From contig CAVPVV010000003.1 in NCBI GenBank assembly GCA_963709325.1, positions 1,391,110 through 1,455,109 on the forward strand: DNA of 64,000 bases. Direction: 5' to 3'. A model generated the notes under the pieces. The model did no database searches. It was not told where the DNA came from and saw only the letters and a program-made list of their open reading frames with translations. The stretch comes from an uncultured Acidobacteriota bacterium (GTDB taxonomy: Bacteria > Acidobacteriota > Vicinamibacteria > Vicinamibacterales > UBA2999). Below, in pieces: positions 47,376 to 58,577 of this stretch (the stretch's first letter is position 1; the number at the start of each line of letters is the position of its first letter). Both the position numbers and the translations under genes were made by a program.

Positions 47376-49492
47376 GGCCGCGCCTCGATTCTCCTGACCG
47401 CCAGATCTGCGGCCCAGCGTACGCGAGGGATCTTCCACAGCTCGCGCAGCGCCGGCAGCGCTTCGCGGGCATCGGGACCAATGAGGCCGAGCGCGTCGGC
47501 CACGCTCCGGAGCACGTGGGGATGCTGCCCCGGCGACTGGCAGACGGCGATGAGCGCGGGAATCGCGCTCTTCGCCCGAGGTCCCTGCCTGGCGATCGCC
47601 TGCGCGGTCATCATCCGCACGTTTTCGTCAGGGTCCGAGAGGTGTGCGGTGAGCGTCTGCAGCGCCGGCGCGCTCGCGCCCGGCTCGACGTCGCGGAGGG
47701 CCAGCGCCGCGAGGCCGCGCACGACGGGACTGGAGTCGTCCATGGCTTTGATCAGCGCAGGCACCGCAGGTCCAGCGGCCGGGCCCATCTGCGTCAGGCT
47801 CCACGCTCCCGCCTCGCGCACTCCATCATCCGCGGCGCTGAGCGCGCTGGTGAGCGCCTTGAGATCGGCGGTGGCGCCGCGCCCACCGATTCGACGAATT
47901 TCGTCGGCGCGGTCGGTGGGTGAGGCCGTGTTGAGCCCGGGATGCTCCGCCGTCGCGACGCGGGCGAGGACGAGCGTGTCCAACCCGAGCAGGTAGTTCG
48001 ACGACAGCGCGTTCTTGCCGGTGCAGATGAACGAGACCGTGTGCCGGCCCTTCGTCAGCGTCGGCCAGCCGAGCAGGCGGTCCTCGCCAACGTAGGTCTC
48101 GAGGTAGTAGCTGTCGATGCCGGCGGCGGCGCTGCCGGTGTTCGCGCCGGGTTCGTGCTCGAGCGCTGCGCTCTCACCCGTCGGCTTGCCGTCGAGGAGG
48201 ATGTTGTAGATGCCGTAGTCCGGGCTCAGGCCCATCTGCGCGATCACCTCGTAGGTGCCGTCCTCGGGCACGTCCAGCGGCACGTCGATGCGGGAACCGG
48301 CGCCAGCCGCCTCGAACACCAGCAGATCCTTGGACCAGAAGACATCGCGCTGAACCGTCGGCTTCCCGCCTGAGGCCTTGACGTCCGCCAGCAGGTTCTC
48401 GACTTCGATCTGCTGAGCGTTGCCCATCGGCAGCCGCGCCGATCCATAGGGCGGCTCCGGCTGATCGCGGGCGATGCCGTCCTGATACCAGAACGCGACC
48501 GTGCTGAACAGATCCGGACGCTCCTCGAACGCCGATCGGACCGAGCCGTCCGCGGCGTAGGTCCAGCCCGCGTGCTCGATGTCGAAACGCAGGCTGGTGG
48601 TGAACGGGATCGGATCCACCGCGTGCCAGCGATAGGCCGACATGCGAGCGCCGGTGCCAGTGCCATCGGCAATCGTCACGCCGGTGTACGGACCCTCCGT
48701 GACGCGGAACGACCAGGCGTCGTTGAAGTAGTCCTCGGTCCCGGTCCCTTCGATGTCGGCCTTCTTCTTGCCGTCGACGTAGAAGTAATCGTCGCCTTCG
48801 CCGAACCAGCCGGCGCCAACTTGCACCACGCTGAACACGGTGCCGACGTAGTGGCCGCGCCCTTTCACGTTCAGGATCTCGAGCGGCTTGCCCATCGCCG
48901 CTGGGAGCGCCTGGCGGTAGCGGGCGTGGAAGTACCCGGTCCCGGCCGGGAGCGACGGCATCTTCTGCCAGTCAATCTGGTAATAGAGATTCGACACCCG
49001 GCGGCGCCCCTCGTTCGTCACTGTGATCTTGCAGCGCTGACGAAACGGCATCGGCCAGTAACTGTTCCGCGATCGGCCGCTCGAGCTGTCGCGGACCAGC
49101 AGTGAACTGAGCGGGCGCTCGAGCCCGTGCCCGACGCCGAAGAAGTCGCCGATCGGCGCATCCACGCTCGGCGTCGGGCTGCCGTCGTAATAGACGCGCA
49201 GCCGAAGCAGGCGCGGCCACGCGTACTCGTTGGCCGCGACCGTGAGCCAGATGTGGGTCACCATTCCCGGTCCCGCCAGGTCGGCCAGCACCACGGTCTG
49301 GCCGGGGATCGGGCGCAGGCTGTCGTCGTTGCTGTCGAGGTCGGGGTTGTTGCTCGAGACGCGGTGGGCAGTGAAGTCCTTGAGCTGCGCCAGCTGCAGG
49401 ACGTCAACCGGCGTGACCGGAGCCGGCGCCTGCGCCCCGAGCGCGACTTCACTCACGATCGTGATCACGGCGAGCACCGGTGCCAGTCTCAT
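47372..49492 (-). CDS. Secreted DUF2961/GH172 glycoside hydrolase fused to C-terminal HEAT repeats
   Basis: GPGMVTHIW, VDAPIGDFFG, NSYWPMPF, WFGEGD, GTGTEDYFNDAW and YRWH..DPI motifs; HEAT repeats in the last ~170 aa. Confidence 0.88.
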   Translation of the reverse strand: MRLAPVLAVITIVSEVALGAQAPAPVTPVDVLQLAQLKDFTAHRVSSNNPDLDSNDDSLRPIPGQTVVLADLAGPGMVTHIWLTVAANEYAWPRLLRLRVYYDGSPTPSVDAPIGDFFGVGHGLERPLSSLLVRDSSSGRSRNSYWPMPFRQRCKITVTNEGRRRVSNLYYQIDWQKMPSLPAGTGYFHARYRQALPAAMGKPLEILNVKGRGHYVGTVFSVVQVGAGWFGEGDDYFYVDGKKKADIEGTGTEDYFNDAWSFRVTEGPYTGVTIADGTGTGARMSAYRWHAVDPIPFTTSLRFDIEHAGWTYAADGSVRSAFEERPDLFSTVAFWYQDGIARDQPEPPYGSARLPMGNAQQIEVENLLADVKASGGKPTVQRDVFWSKDLLVFEAAGAGSRIDVPLDVPEDGTYEVIAQMGLSPDYGIYNILLDGKPTGESAALEHEPGANTGSAAAGIDSYYLETYVGEDRLLGWPTLTKGRHTVSFICTGKNALSSNYLLGLDTLVLARVATAEHPGLNTASPTDRADEIRRIGGRGATADLKALTSALSAADDGVREAGAWSLTQMGPAAGPAVPALIKAMDDSSPVVRGLAALALRDVEPGASAPALQTLTAHLSDPDENVRMMTAQAIARQGPRAKSAIPALIAVCQSPGQHPHVLRSVADALGLIGPDAREALPALRELWKIPRVRWAADLAVRRIEARP

Positions 49493-49494
49493 CG

Positions 49495-49565
49495 CTGCCT
49501 CCTGCCTTTCCGCCTTCTGCCTTCTGCCTTCTGCCTTCTGCCTTCTGCCTTCTGCCTTTTGCCTT
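49495..49565 (-). repeat. Heptamer array (AAGGCAG), about 10 units, filling the intergenic gap
   Basis: Minus strand TGA-g-aaggcaa-(aaggcag)6-aaggcgg-a-aaggcag-gaggcag-cg-ATG. Confidence 0.95.
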
Positions 49566-49566
49566 C

Positions 49567-50480
49567 TCAGGATGTCGCCTTCGTGATCTTCTCCGTCGGC
49601 AACGTGATCTTCTTTTCCACCTTGTCGCCCGCGAGGATCTTCGCCGCCAGTTCCACCGCCTCGCGTCCGCCGGTCGGGTAGACGAACGTCGCCTCGAGAC
49701 GCCCGTCGGCCACCGCCTGCCGCCCGCCGTCCGGACCCGGCAGCGCGTCGATGCCGATGAACTTCATCTCGCGGTCGCGGCCCTTGGCCTTCGCCGCGAG
49801 ATACGCGCCGATCGCCATCGGGTCGTTGTGCGCGTAGACCAGGTCGATGTGATCGTGCGCCGCGAGCGCGATCTCCATCTGCGTCATCGCCTCCTCACGC
49901 AGCCAGTTGGCCACTGGATCGTGGACGATGTGAATCCCGGGGAACGCGGCTATCGCCTCCCGCATTCCCTCGCTCCGATCGCGGGCCGGCGGCGAGCCCG
50001 GCAATCCCTTGATCTCGACGATGTCGCCCTTGCCGCCGAGGATGTCTCCGATCAGCTTTCCGGCCTCGCGTCCGATCAGACGATTGTCGGCGCCGATGAA
50101 CACCGTGTAGGCATCACCCTCGACCGCGCGATCGATGACGATCACCGGGATCCGGCTCTCGTAAGCCTTTCGGACGACGGCCGTCAGCGGCTTCGCCTCG
50201 TTGGGCGAGATCATCAACAGGTTGATGCCCTGGCGGAGGAACGTTTCCACGTCCGCCACCTGCCGGGCGTTGTCCTGCTGCGCGTCGGCGAAAACGATTT
50301 CCATCTGCGGGAACTCTTTGGCCCGGGCCGCCACCTCCGCGTTCATCGCCACCCGCCACGGCTCGCCGAGATTGCACTGTGAAAACCCGACCAGGAACTT
50401 CGACTCGCTTCGGCGCCCGCACGCCGAGCCAATCGCCGCCGCGCCGAGGCACGCGATCGCCTGCCGGCGTGAGACGAGAT
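49567..50480 (-). CDS. Sugar ABC transporter substrate-binding lipoprotein (RbsB-like; start codon not resolved)
   Basis: SRRQAI...GSAC leader; GFSQCNLGEPWR, IGADN, AHNDPMA and IGID motifs. Confidence 0.85.
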
Positions 50481-53027
50481 CAGCGCGGACGCCGCTGGAG
50501 CCAGACGGCGCCGAGGATGATCGCGCCCTTGAGAATGAGCTGCAGATTCGCATCGATGTTGTTCAACCCCATGCTGTTGTTGATCACGCCGATGATCAGC
50601 GTGCCGACCAGCGTCCCGCTGGCCGTGCCGACGCCGCCGGCCAGGCTCGTGCCGCCGATCACCACGGCGGCGATCGCGTCGAGCTCGTAGGCGACTCCGT
50701 CGTTCGGATTGCCCTGCTCGAGCTGCGCGCAATGGACGAGGCCGGCGAGCGCAGCCAGCACACCGCACACCACGTAGACCAGTGCCTTGTCGCGGCCGAC
50801 TCGCAGCCCGCATAGGCGCGCCGCCGCCTCGTTGTCGCCGATCGCGTAGACATAGCGCCCGAACGGCAGGTACGACAGCATCACGTGAATGCCCGCCACC
50901 GCGAGCAGGAAGAGCACGGCCGGCGCCGGCACGAACGGCACGATCGGACCGGCCAGCGCCTGGAACGATGCGGGTGCGCCGCCTTCGCCGAACGCCATCG
51001 GAATCGCCGCGCCGCCGCTCACGTATCGCGCCACCCCTCGGGCCGCGCTCATCGTCGCCAGCGTGACGATGAACGGCTGGATGCGCCACGCAGATACGAG
51101 CAGCCCGTTGAAGAGTCCCACCGCCGCGCCGATGCCGAGCACGATCGCGGCCGTCGCCGCGACCCCGAAGCCACCGTGCATCAGCAGCCAGCGCCGCCGC
51201 GGTGGCGGCGAGCGCCAGCACCGAGCCCACCGACAGGTCGATTCCGCCGGAGATGATGACCGCTGTCATGCCCGCGGCGAGAATCCCCTTCTCGGCAACC
51301 TGCCGCAGGATGTCGGTGAGGTTCCCGATGTCCAGGAACACGAGGCGCCCGCCCCGGTTCGGCGAGAAGACGATCGCGAGGACGACAACTGCGGCCAGGC
51401 CGAACAGGCCCGCTCGCCGGCGCAGCCACTCGCGGCCGCGCGATGGCGGAGCCGCGGCGGGCGGCGCCGCAGGTTGGAACGGCACAGGAGCCGCCGTGTC
51501 CGAGCCGCCTGCCGGCCCGCCGGTGGCCGCGGCGAGCAGGCGCTCCTCGGTCGCCTCGGCATGATCGAACGTTGCCGTGACGCGACCGTCGCGGAACACG
51601 ATGACGCGATGGGCGAGGCTCAGGATCTCGGGCAGCTCCGAGGAGCAGAGAACGATGCCGAAGCCGCGCTGTGCCAGGTCGCGGATGAGGGCGTAGATTT
51701 CCGCCTTGGCGCCGAGATCGATGCCCCGGGTCGGCTCGTCGAGGAGGAGCAGTGACGGCGACGCGAAGAGACAGCGGGCGAGAATCGCCTTCTGCTGGTT
51801 CCCGCCGCTCAGCGTCGAGATCGGGACCCCGAGCGATGCGCTCCTGACGCCAAGCTGCCTGGCAAGATCACTGGCAGCCGTGCCCTCGGCCGCTCCGTGA
51901 ATCACGCCCCAGCGCGTCACGCGATCGAGGCCGCCAATGGTGATGTTGGTTTGCACGGACTGGTGCGGAAGCAGGCCGAGCTCGCCCCGCTCCTCGGGGA
52001 GCAGCACCATCCCCGCCTCGCGCGCGGCCGCCGGCGTCGTCGGCGTGTAGAGCTGATTGTCGATGGTGATTCGACCCTCGACGCGGTTCTCGAGCGCGCC
52101 GACCAGCGCCAGGAGCAGATCGGTGCGGCCGGCGCCGACCAGTCCCGAGAGCCCGACGATCTCGCCGCGTCTGACCGTGAACGACACGTCGCGCAGGCGA
52201 TAGCCTCCCGGCCGCCGGTCATCACGAACCGACAGGTTCTCGATCCGCAGCCGCTCCTCGGCATCGCCGGGTACCGGCACGAAAGGTGGCCGCTCGATGT
52301 CGCGGCCGACCATCAGGCGCACCAGTTCCGGCTCGGTAATAGCCGAGGCATTGCGAGTAGTCACACGCTTGCCGTCACGAAGCACGGTGATCCGGTCGGC
52401 CAGCCGCAGCACCTCGTCGAGTCGATGGGAGACGTAGACGACGGCGACACCGCGGGCGGAAAGCTGCGCGACCACCGCCTCCAGGCGCGCGACATCCGCC
52501 GCGCCGAGCGACGCCGTCGGTTCGTCCATGATGACCAGCCGCGCATCGAGCGACAGCGCCCGGGCAATGGCCACCATCTGGCGCTGGCCGGTGTCGAGCT
52601 GCCGGATCGGCACGTCCTCCAGCGCCGTCTCGCCAAGCGGCGACAGCGCCGCGGTCGCGCGCGCGGCGAGGGCTGCGCGATCGAGAAAACCCAGGCGCGA
52701 GCGCGGCTCATGGCCGAGACACACGTTCTCGCTGGCGGTGAGCGGGCCGACCAGCAGCAGTTCCTGTGGGATGACGGCAATGCCCCTGGCAATAGCCTCG
52801 CCGGGAGTTGCGAATCTCGCCTCGTCCCCGTCGAGGCGAAGCGCACCGTCATAGCCGGTGATCTCGCCCGAGAGAATCCGGATGAGCGTGGACTTGCCGG
52901 CGCCGTTCTCGCCGACCAGTGCGTGGACTTCGCCGCGCTCGATCGCGAAGTCCACGTCCTCGAGTGCGCGCACGCCGGGAAAGGTCATCCCGATGCCGGC
53001 AGCCTCGAGGAGTGGAGCCGTCTCCAT
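50480..53027 (-). CDS. Sugar ABC transporter ATPase (two NBDs) fused to an RbsC-type permease (frameshift near 51190)
   Basis: GENGAGKST, MDEPT, LSGGNQQK and DEPTRGID, then a Pro/Ala linker, GGIDLSVGS, PFIVTL and YELDAIAAVVIGGTSL. Confidence 0.85.
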
Positions 53028-53032
53028 CGACG

Positions 53033-54677
53033 TCAGTGGGCGACGCGACGCAGCCGCGACATCATCGCCGTGCCGCCGCGGCCGAAGTGATCGTGCAGTT
53101 CCAGGTACTCGCGATAGAGCGCATCGTAGAAATCCGCTCGGGCCGGATCGGGGTCGACGCGTCCGGGCTGGAGCGCGGCCATGTGCGCCGCCGCCGCGAC
53201 GAACGAGGCGTGACCGCCGGCGCGCTCGCCCGCCGCAACCGCGCCAAGCATCGCCGCCCCGGTGGCGGACGCGTTCGGTGACGCGGCAAGGGCGATCGGA
53301 CGGCGCGTGATGTCGGCGTACACCTGCAGCAGCAGCGGACTGCGTTCGGCGAGGCCGCCGACGGCGATCAGCTCGGTGACGGGAACCTCGCGGGCGGCGA
53401 AGGCGTCGAGGATGCGCCGGGTGCCGAACCCGGTCGCTTCGAGCAGGCTCCGGTAGACGTCGCCACGTGTGGTCGCAAGCGTCATCCCCACCAGCACACC
53501 CGACAGATCGGCGTTGCCCAGCACCGATCGGTTGCCGTTCCACCAGTCGAGGGCGACGACGCCGTGACCGCCCGGCCCGGCGTCCGCGGCTTCGCGTTCG
53601 AGCGTTTCGAACACGGCGGCCTCGTCCTGCCCCGGACCAGCGACGTGGTGCGCGTACCACCCGAGCAGATCGCCCACCGCGGGCTGACCGGCCTCGTAGC
53701 CAAAGTAGCCTTCGACGATGCCATCGGCGACGACACCGGCGACGCCTTCGACAGCGGCGTGGCGATCGGCAAGGAGCATGTGGCAGGTGGACGTGCCGAT
53801 CACCATCACCATGCGCCCTGGCGTGACCACGGTGGCGGCCGGCACCGCGCTGTGCGCGTCGATGATGGCCGCGGCCACCGCTGTCCCCGCGCGCAAGCCA
53901 AGCCGCGATGCCATCTCGCTCGGTGAGGCCCCCGATCTGCCGTCCGGGCGGCACGATCTCTCCCGGCAGCTTGTCGGGCAGGGATCGCAGCGCGGGATGG
54001 AGCGCGGCAAAGAAGTCCGCGCACGGAAAGCCGCGCTCGCGGCTCCACAGTCCTTTGTAGCCGGCCGCGCACGCGTTGCGGACGAGCGTGCCGCACAGCT
54101 CGGCGGCCACCCAGTCGCCGGCTTCGACGAAGCCGAAGGCCGCATCGTAGACGGCGGGGTCTTCTTCGAGGATCTGCAGGACCTTGGCGCAGAGCCATTC
54201 CGACGAAGTCCGCCCGCTGTAGTCGGCGAGGAACGGCTCGCCGCGCTCCCCTGCCACCGCGTTGATGCGATCCGCCTGCGGCTGCGCGGCATGGTGCTTC
54301 CACAGCTTCACCCAGGCATGGGGCCGCGCGGCCATCTCGGGGCGCAGGCACAACGGCCGCGCGTTGCGATCGATCGGCAGGATCGTGCACGACGTGAAGT
54401 CGATGCCGATGCCGACCACGCGCGCGGGCTCGACCGCGGCAGCCCGAACGGCGCCGCTCACCGCTTCGCACATCGCTTCGAGGTAATCACCTGGATGCTG
54501 CAGCGCCCACTCGGGCCCAAGCCGTGTGCCGGTGCCAGGCAGGGTCCGCTCGATCACCCCGTGGCGATACGTCGCGACCGCGGAGCCGCGCTGTGCTCCG
54601 GTCTGCGTTTCGATGACGACGGCACGGACCGACGCGGTGCCGAAGTCGAGCCCCAGCGCACACGGGCCGGCGCTCAC
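53033..54677 (-). CDS. araB: Ribulokinase, FGGY family (frameshift near 53920)
   Basis: [41 protein letters not shown] and LDWWNGNRS motifs. Confidence 0.9.
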
Positions 54678-56320
54678 TGCAACTCCCGAGGCTGATGGAG
54701 ATCGAGCGCGTCGTGGGCGTCGCCGCACAGGTTGACGGTGATGCCCAGGGCCTGCGCCATCGACGCCTTGGCCACCAGCGCATCGAGCGCGCGTGCGCCG
54801 TCGGGCGCATACGCCACCTGGATGTGATTGGCCTGGTGCTTGGCCATGAGCTGGTCGCGGGTGACGCCGTAGAGCACCGCGTGCATGATCGGCCACTGGC
54901 TCGTCGTCTGCTGCCAGCGGCGCGCGGTTTCCTCGTCCGAGAGGCGGACGACCCCGCCGCGGCCGATGTCCATCGCGAGGCGCTCGCCCTCGACGTAGAT
55001 GCGGCTCCAGACGATCTCGCCGGGCCGGCTGACGCCTTTCAGCGTGGAGCCGCCGCGCGGGAAGTACATCGGCGGCTGCCGTTCCCCGCTCGCGCCGCGG
55101 TATCCGTCGATGAAATGGCTCGCCGGCGCGGCGCCGGAGATCTCGAACACCCACACGAACTCGTCAACCCCGCGCTCGGTGACCTTTTCGCCCCACCGCA
55201 CGTCGTGCAAGGTCGTCGACGGGTCGAGACCGAGTGCCGACCAGACACGGTTGGTGAGGACGGCATCGATGCCGGCGCATTCGTCCACTTCGTTGAAGTG
55301 CGGCACCGCCTGGCCATCGAACAGCACGCGGTTGCCTTCCCCGTGCACCGGCGGCCGATCCGGATTGTTCAGCAGCCCCTCGGCGAGATCCGACGCCACG
55401 CAGACGTCCTTCAGCCCCTGCTGATACTGGATGCCGATCGCCGCGCAGCCGAAGGCGTCGGCCATCCGCACGGCCGCGTCGTACATCCGGAGCCCTTCGA
55501 GCACCTGCGCTTCGGTGAGCTCCGTCGCCTCGTCGCGGCCGAGACGGAACGTCATGCCGCGGCCAAGCAGCCAATCGTAATGACGTCGCGCCTCGGCGTC
55601 GCTCACCTCGCGCATCGCGGCATAGAGCGCGGACTGACTGAGGCGCTCCTTGAACAGGCCAAGCGCGTGCAGCAGATGATCGGGGACGATCGCGTTGTAC
55701 ATCCCCATGCAGCCTTCGTCGAACACGCCGAGGATGGCCTGATCGCGGCGCAGCGTCTCGCCGAGGCGGGCGCCGAGCTCGCGAGCGGGAGCAACGGCGT
55801 CAGGCCACGGCTCGCGGTCGAAGGGCCGGGCGTGCGAGATGTCGTGCTCCAGGCCACCCGTGTCGCACCACTGCCGCAGCGCGCCGCGTGCGAAGTCGTC
55901 GGTGAAATCCACGCTCCAGATCGAGCTGTAGCGGACACCGGCCTTGGTCAGCGAGCCATTCAGGTTGAGAAGGCCGACCAGGCCGGGCCACTGCCCGCTC
56001 CAGTTCGCGAGGGTGAGGATCGGACCGCGATGCTTGGTGAGGCCGGCCAGCACGTGGCTCGTGTACTGCCACACGGCGGTGGCGACGACGAGCGGCGCGT
56101 CCGGGTCGATCGCGCGGAACACCTCGATACCACGGGCCTGGCCATCGATGAACCCGTGACCTTTGGCCGGGTCGATTGGATGCGCGCGTCGCACCTCTCG
56201 GCCCAGCTCGCCGAAAGCCCGCGTGACGATGGCTTCCAGTGCCTGCTGCGCCGGCCAGCAGACACGGTTCGCCGACAGGCGCGAGTCGCCGCTGGCCACG
56301 AGGACGATCGGGGTGCTCAT
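54674..56320 (-). CDS. L-fucose/D-arabinose isomerase-like protein
   Basis: [50 protein letters not shown] and ANHIQVAY motifs; upstream of ribulokinase. Confidence 0.78.
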   Translation of the reverse strand: MSTPIVLVASGDSRLSANRVCWPAQQALEAIVTRAFGELGREVRRAHPIDPAKGHGFIDGQARGIEVFRAIDPDAPLVVATAVWQYTSHVLAGLTKHRGPILTLANWSGQWPGLVGLLNLNGSLTKAGVRYSSIWSVDFTDDFARGALRQWCDTGGLEHDISHARPFDREPWPDAVAPARELGARLGETLRRDQAILGVFDEGCMGMYNAIVPDHLLHALGLFKERLSQSALYAAMREVSDAEARRHYDWLLGRGMTFRLGRDEATELTEAQVLEGLRMYDAAVRMADAFGCAAIGIQYQQGLKDVCVASDLAEGLLNNPDRPPVHGEGNRVLFDGQAVPHFNEVDECAGIDAVLTNRVWSALGLDPSTTLHDVRWGEKVTERGVDEFVWVFEISGAAPASHFIDGYRGASGERQPPMYFPRGGSTLKGVSRPGEIVWSRIYVEGERLAMDIGRGGVVRLSDEETARRWQQTTSQWPIMHAVLYGVTRDQLMAKHQANHIQVAYAPDGARALDALVAKASMAQALGITVNLCGDAHDALDLHQPRELQ

Positions 56321-57067
56321 GACGGGAACGTGGGGGATGCTATCAGTACGAACAGGTGAAGGACCTGGTACTCAAACGGTGAGGAGTCGGCGCGCTCACC
56401 GCAGCGGGCGATCGGCCTGCCTCACGTGCCGCGCGCGCAAGGGCCGCGGACCTGGCAGAACGCCACCTGCAGGCAGCGGATCGTAGTGATGGACCCGCGC
56501 GACTCGCGTCAGCGCGCGGTCGACCGGTGCACCAACGATCCGGACCTCGGTGCAGCAACGCCGCGGACATACGGTCACCACCCTCCTGAGTTACTGCCGC
56601 AGCAGTGCGGACCTGCAAGTGATTGAATGGCAGTCATTTAAGTGCCTCTCAAAAATCTCTGCCGCGGACCGGTGAGGCGAGTCCGGGGTTCCGGATCCGT
56701 GATGCCGCACTTCCGTGACGGTGGTCCGGGCACCCGCTCACGCAACTCCGCACGTTGCTGCCGCAGGTCCGAGCATCTCCCCGGTGAGTCCGCACTACCG
56801 CGAACCGGGTGCCGGGTAACCGGTTCACAAAGTCTGCCGAGCGCGTCCGCACGTTTGGCGGTTGATGCCGCAGATCGAGGGAGGTGCTTCCGTGATGCCG
56901 CGACAGTGGTGCGGCACCTTCACCAGCTGCGGCAGTGATGCCCGCCAGGTGCGTTGGTGAGCCCGCCGGCCGCTGGAGTGAGTTCGCGGCGCGCTGTAGT
57001 AACCCTGCAGAGTGCGAGAGGTGACTTGGCGAACTGCTGCCGGTAAACGCCGCCAGGTCAATGTTAA

Positions 57068-58303
57068 TCAGAAGGTGCCGGACTTGAGCGCAAATGTCGC
57101 GGCGAGTTCGGGCTGGTCATCCTGGCCGACCACCCTCCTGGCGACGTAGTCGCCGATCATGATCCCGTGCTTGTAGCCGTGGCCTGATCCACCACCGACC
57201 ACCCACACATTGCCGAGTTCCGGGTGCGCCTGGACGATGAAGTGCTCGTCAATGCTGTCTTCGCGCTGGCAGATGCGGCTGTCGACGAGCGGCTGGTTGG
57301 CGAGCGCGGGGAACCACTTGGCGGCGAACTCGCGACCCTTGCGCTGCTCGTCGGCGGTGAGCGCGTGCTCCTGCGTGTCGGGGTCGACAAGGACCGGCGG
57401 GTTGAACGTTGGCACCACCTTGAATCCCCGGCCTTCGATACAGGGAAAGCCGTAGGCGTTATCCACCGACCAGGTGGGGAAGTTCGGGTAGGTGAACCGC
57501 TGGTCGCCGGGTGGCGTGCCATAGAAGAACACTGCGCGCCTGGGCGTCTTGAGCTTGCCCGTCATCACCGAGGGGAACACCTTCGGCAGCCACGGACCGC
57601 ACGCGAAGACGAACGTCTGCGCGCCAACCCGCTGGCCCGTCGACAGCACGACGTCCAGCAGCGTGCTGCCGGAGCGCCCGCCGAGCTCCACCTTCGCCGT
57701 GAGGAAGTGCCCGCCTTTCTTCTCGAACGCCTGCGCCACCGCGACACATCCTTCGCGCGCCTTCAGCACGCCTGTGCTCGGCGTGTACATGGCGACGCTG
57801 ATGTTCTTGAGATTCATTTGCGGGTACTGGCGCACCAGATCATCAGGAGCGACGACCTCGTACTTGACGCCAAGCCGGTCGAACACCTTGCGGGTTTCGG
57901 TGAGCTCCTTGGTCCATTCGTTGGCGAGCGAGATCTGCCCGGTCTGGTAGAGAATCTTCTTGCCCCACTCCGCCTCGCGTGCCTTCCAGCGCTCAAGGGC
58001 CTTCAGCACCCAGCGCGTGTAGATCTCACGATCGCCGTAGACGGCGCGGATCTGCCGCGACTCGCCGCCCGACGTGGCGCGTGCGTTGCCGGGACCGTAC
58101 TGATCGATCAGCGTGACGGTATGGCCCATCTCACGCAGATAGAGCGCCGTCCATCCGCCAAAGGCGCCCGCACCAATCACGACGATCTCGGCGCCACCGC
58201 TCGCCCCGGACCGCTGCCGGGCAAGGGCCGGACCCGCACCAAGCGCCAGGGCGCCCACGCCGCCGGCCGCCTGGAGGAACGTACGTCGATCGAGGGGCGT
58301 CAT
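57068..58303 (-). CDS. Tat-exported FAD-dependent oxidoreductase (sarcosine oxidase/DAO-like)
   Basis: DRRTFL leader; GAGAFG, SGGESRQIR and GGSGHGYK motifs; SD AGGAG. Confidence 0.88.
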   Translation of the reverse strand: MTPLDRRTFLQAAGGVGALALGAGPALARQRSGASGGAEIVVIGAGAFGGWTALYLREMGHTVTLIDQYGPGNARATSGGESRQIRAVYGDREIYTRWVLKALERWKAREAEWGKKILYQTGQISLANEWTKELTETRKVFDRLGVKYEVVAPDDLVRQYPQMNLKNISVAMYTPSTGVLKAREGCVAVAQAFEKKGGHFLTAKVELGGRSGSTLLDVVLSTGQRVGAQTFVFACGPWLPKVFPSVMTGKLKTPRRAVFFYGTPPGDQRFTYPNFPTWSVDNAYGFPCIEGRGFKVVPTFNPPVLVDPDTQEHALTADEQRKGREFAAKWFPALANQPLVDSRICQREDSIDEHFIVQAHPELGNVWVVGGGSGHGYKHGIMIGDYVARRVVGQDDQPELAATFALKSGTF

Positions 58304-58577
58304 GTTGGAGTCTCCTGGGCGGCCACTCTACTATGAGGCTGAGCGACCGCGGGGGGCGATGGCCGATGCTAATGCCTGTTCCAACCATAATGGCTGCCGA
58401 GTCAGCCCGATAGCTCTCTGGGGGCAGGTCGTGCCATCCTATCGTCCCGTCGAGGCGGTCGTCCGCGCGCCAGTCGGCGACGCAGTCCGTTTCGTACCGT
58501 GAAATGACAGCAATCTTCCGGCGACGGCGGTCCCGACCTCTGACACAATGCCGCGCCAGGGGGACCGGCCGGCGATC

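Noticed and set aside
50343-55154. 1603-aa giant ORF
   Set aside because: A chimera: off-frame isomerase sequence, the araB N-half and the ABC gene fall into one frame through frameshifts and stop-poor GC-rich DNA.
56343-56618. Confident small zinc-finger gene
   Set aside because: Two competing frames and no complete CxxC pair in either; kept only as part of the intergenic finding.
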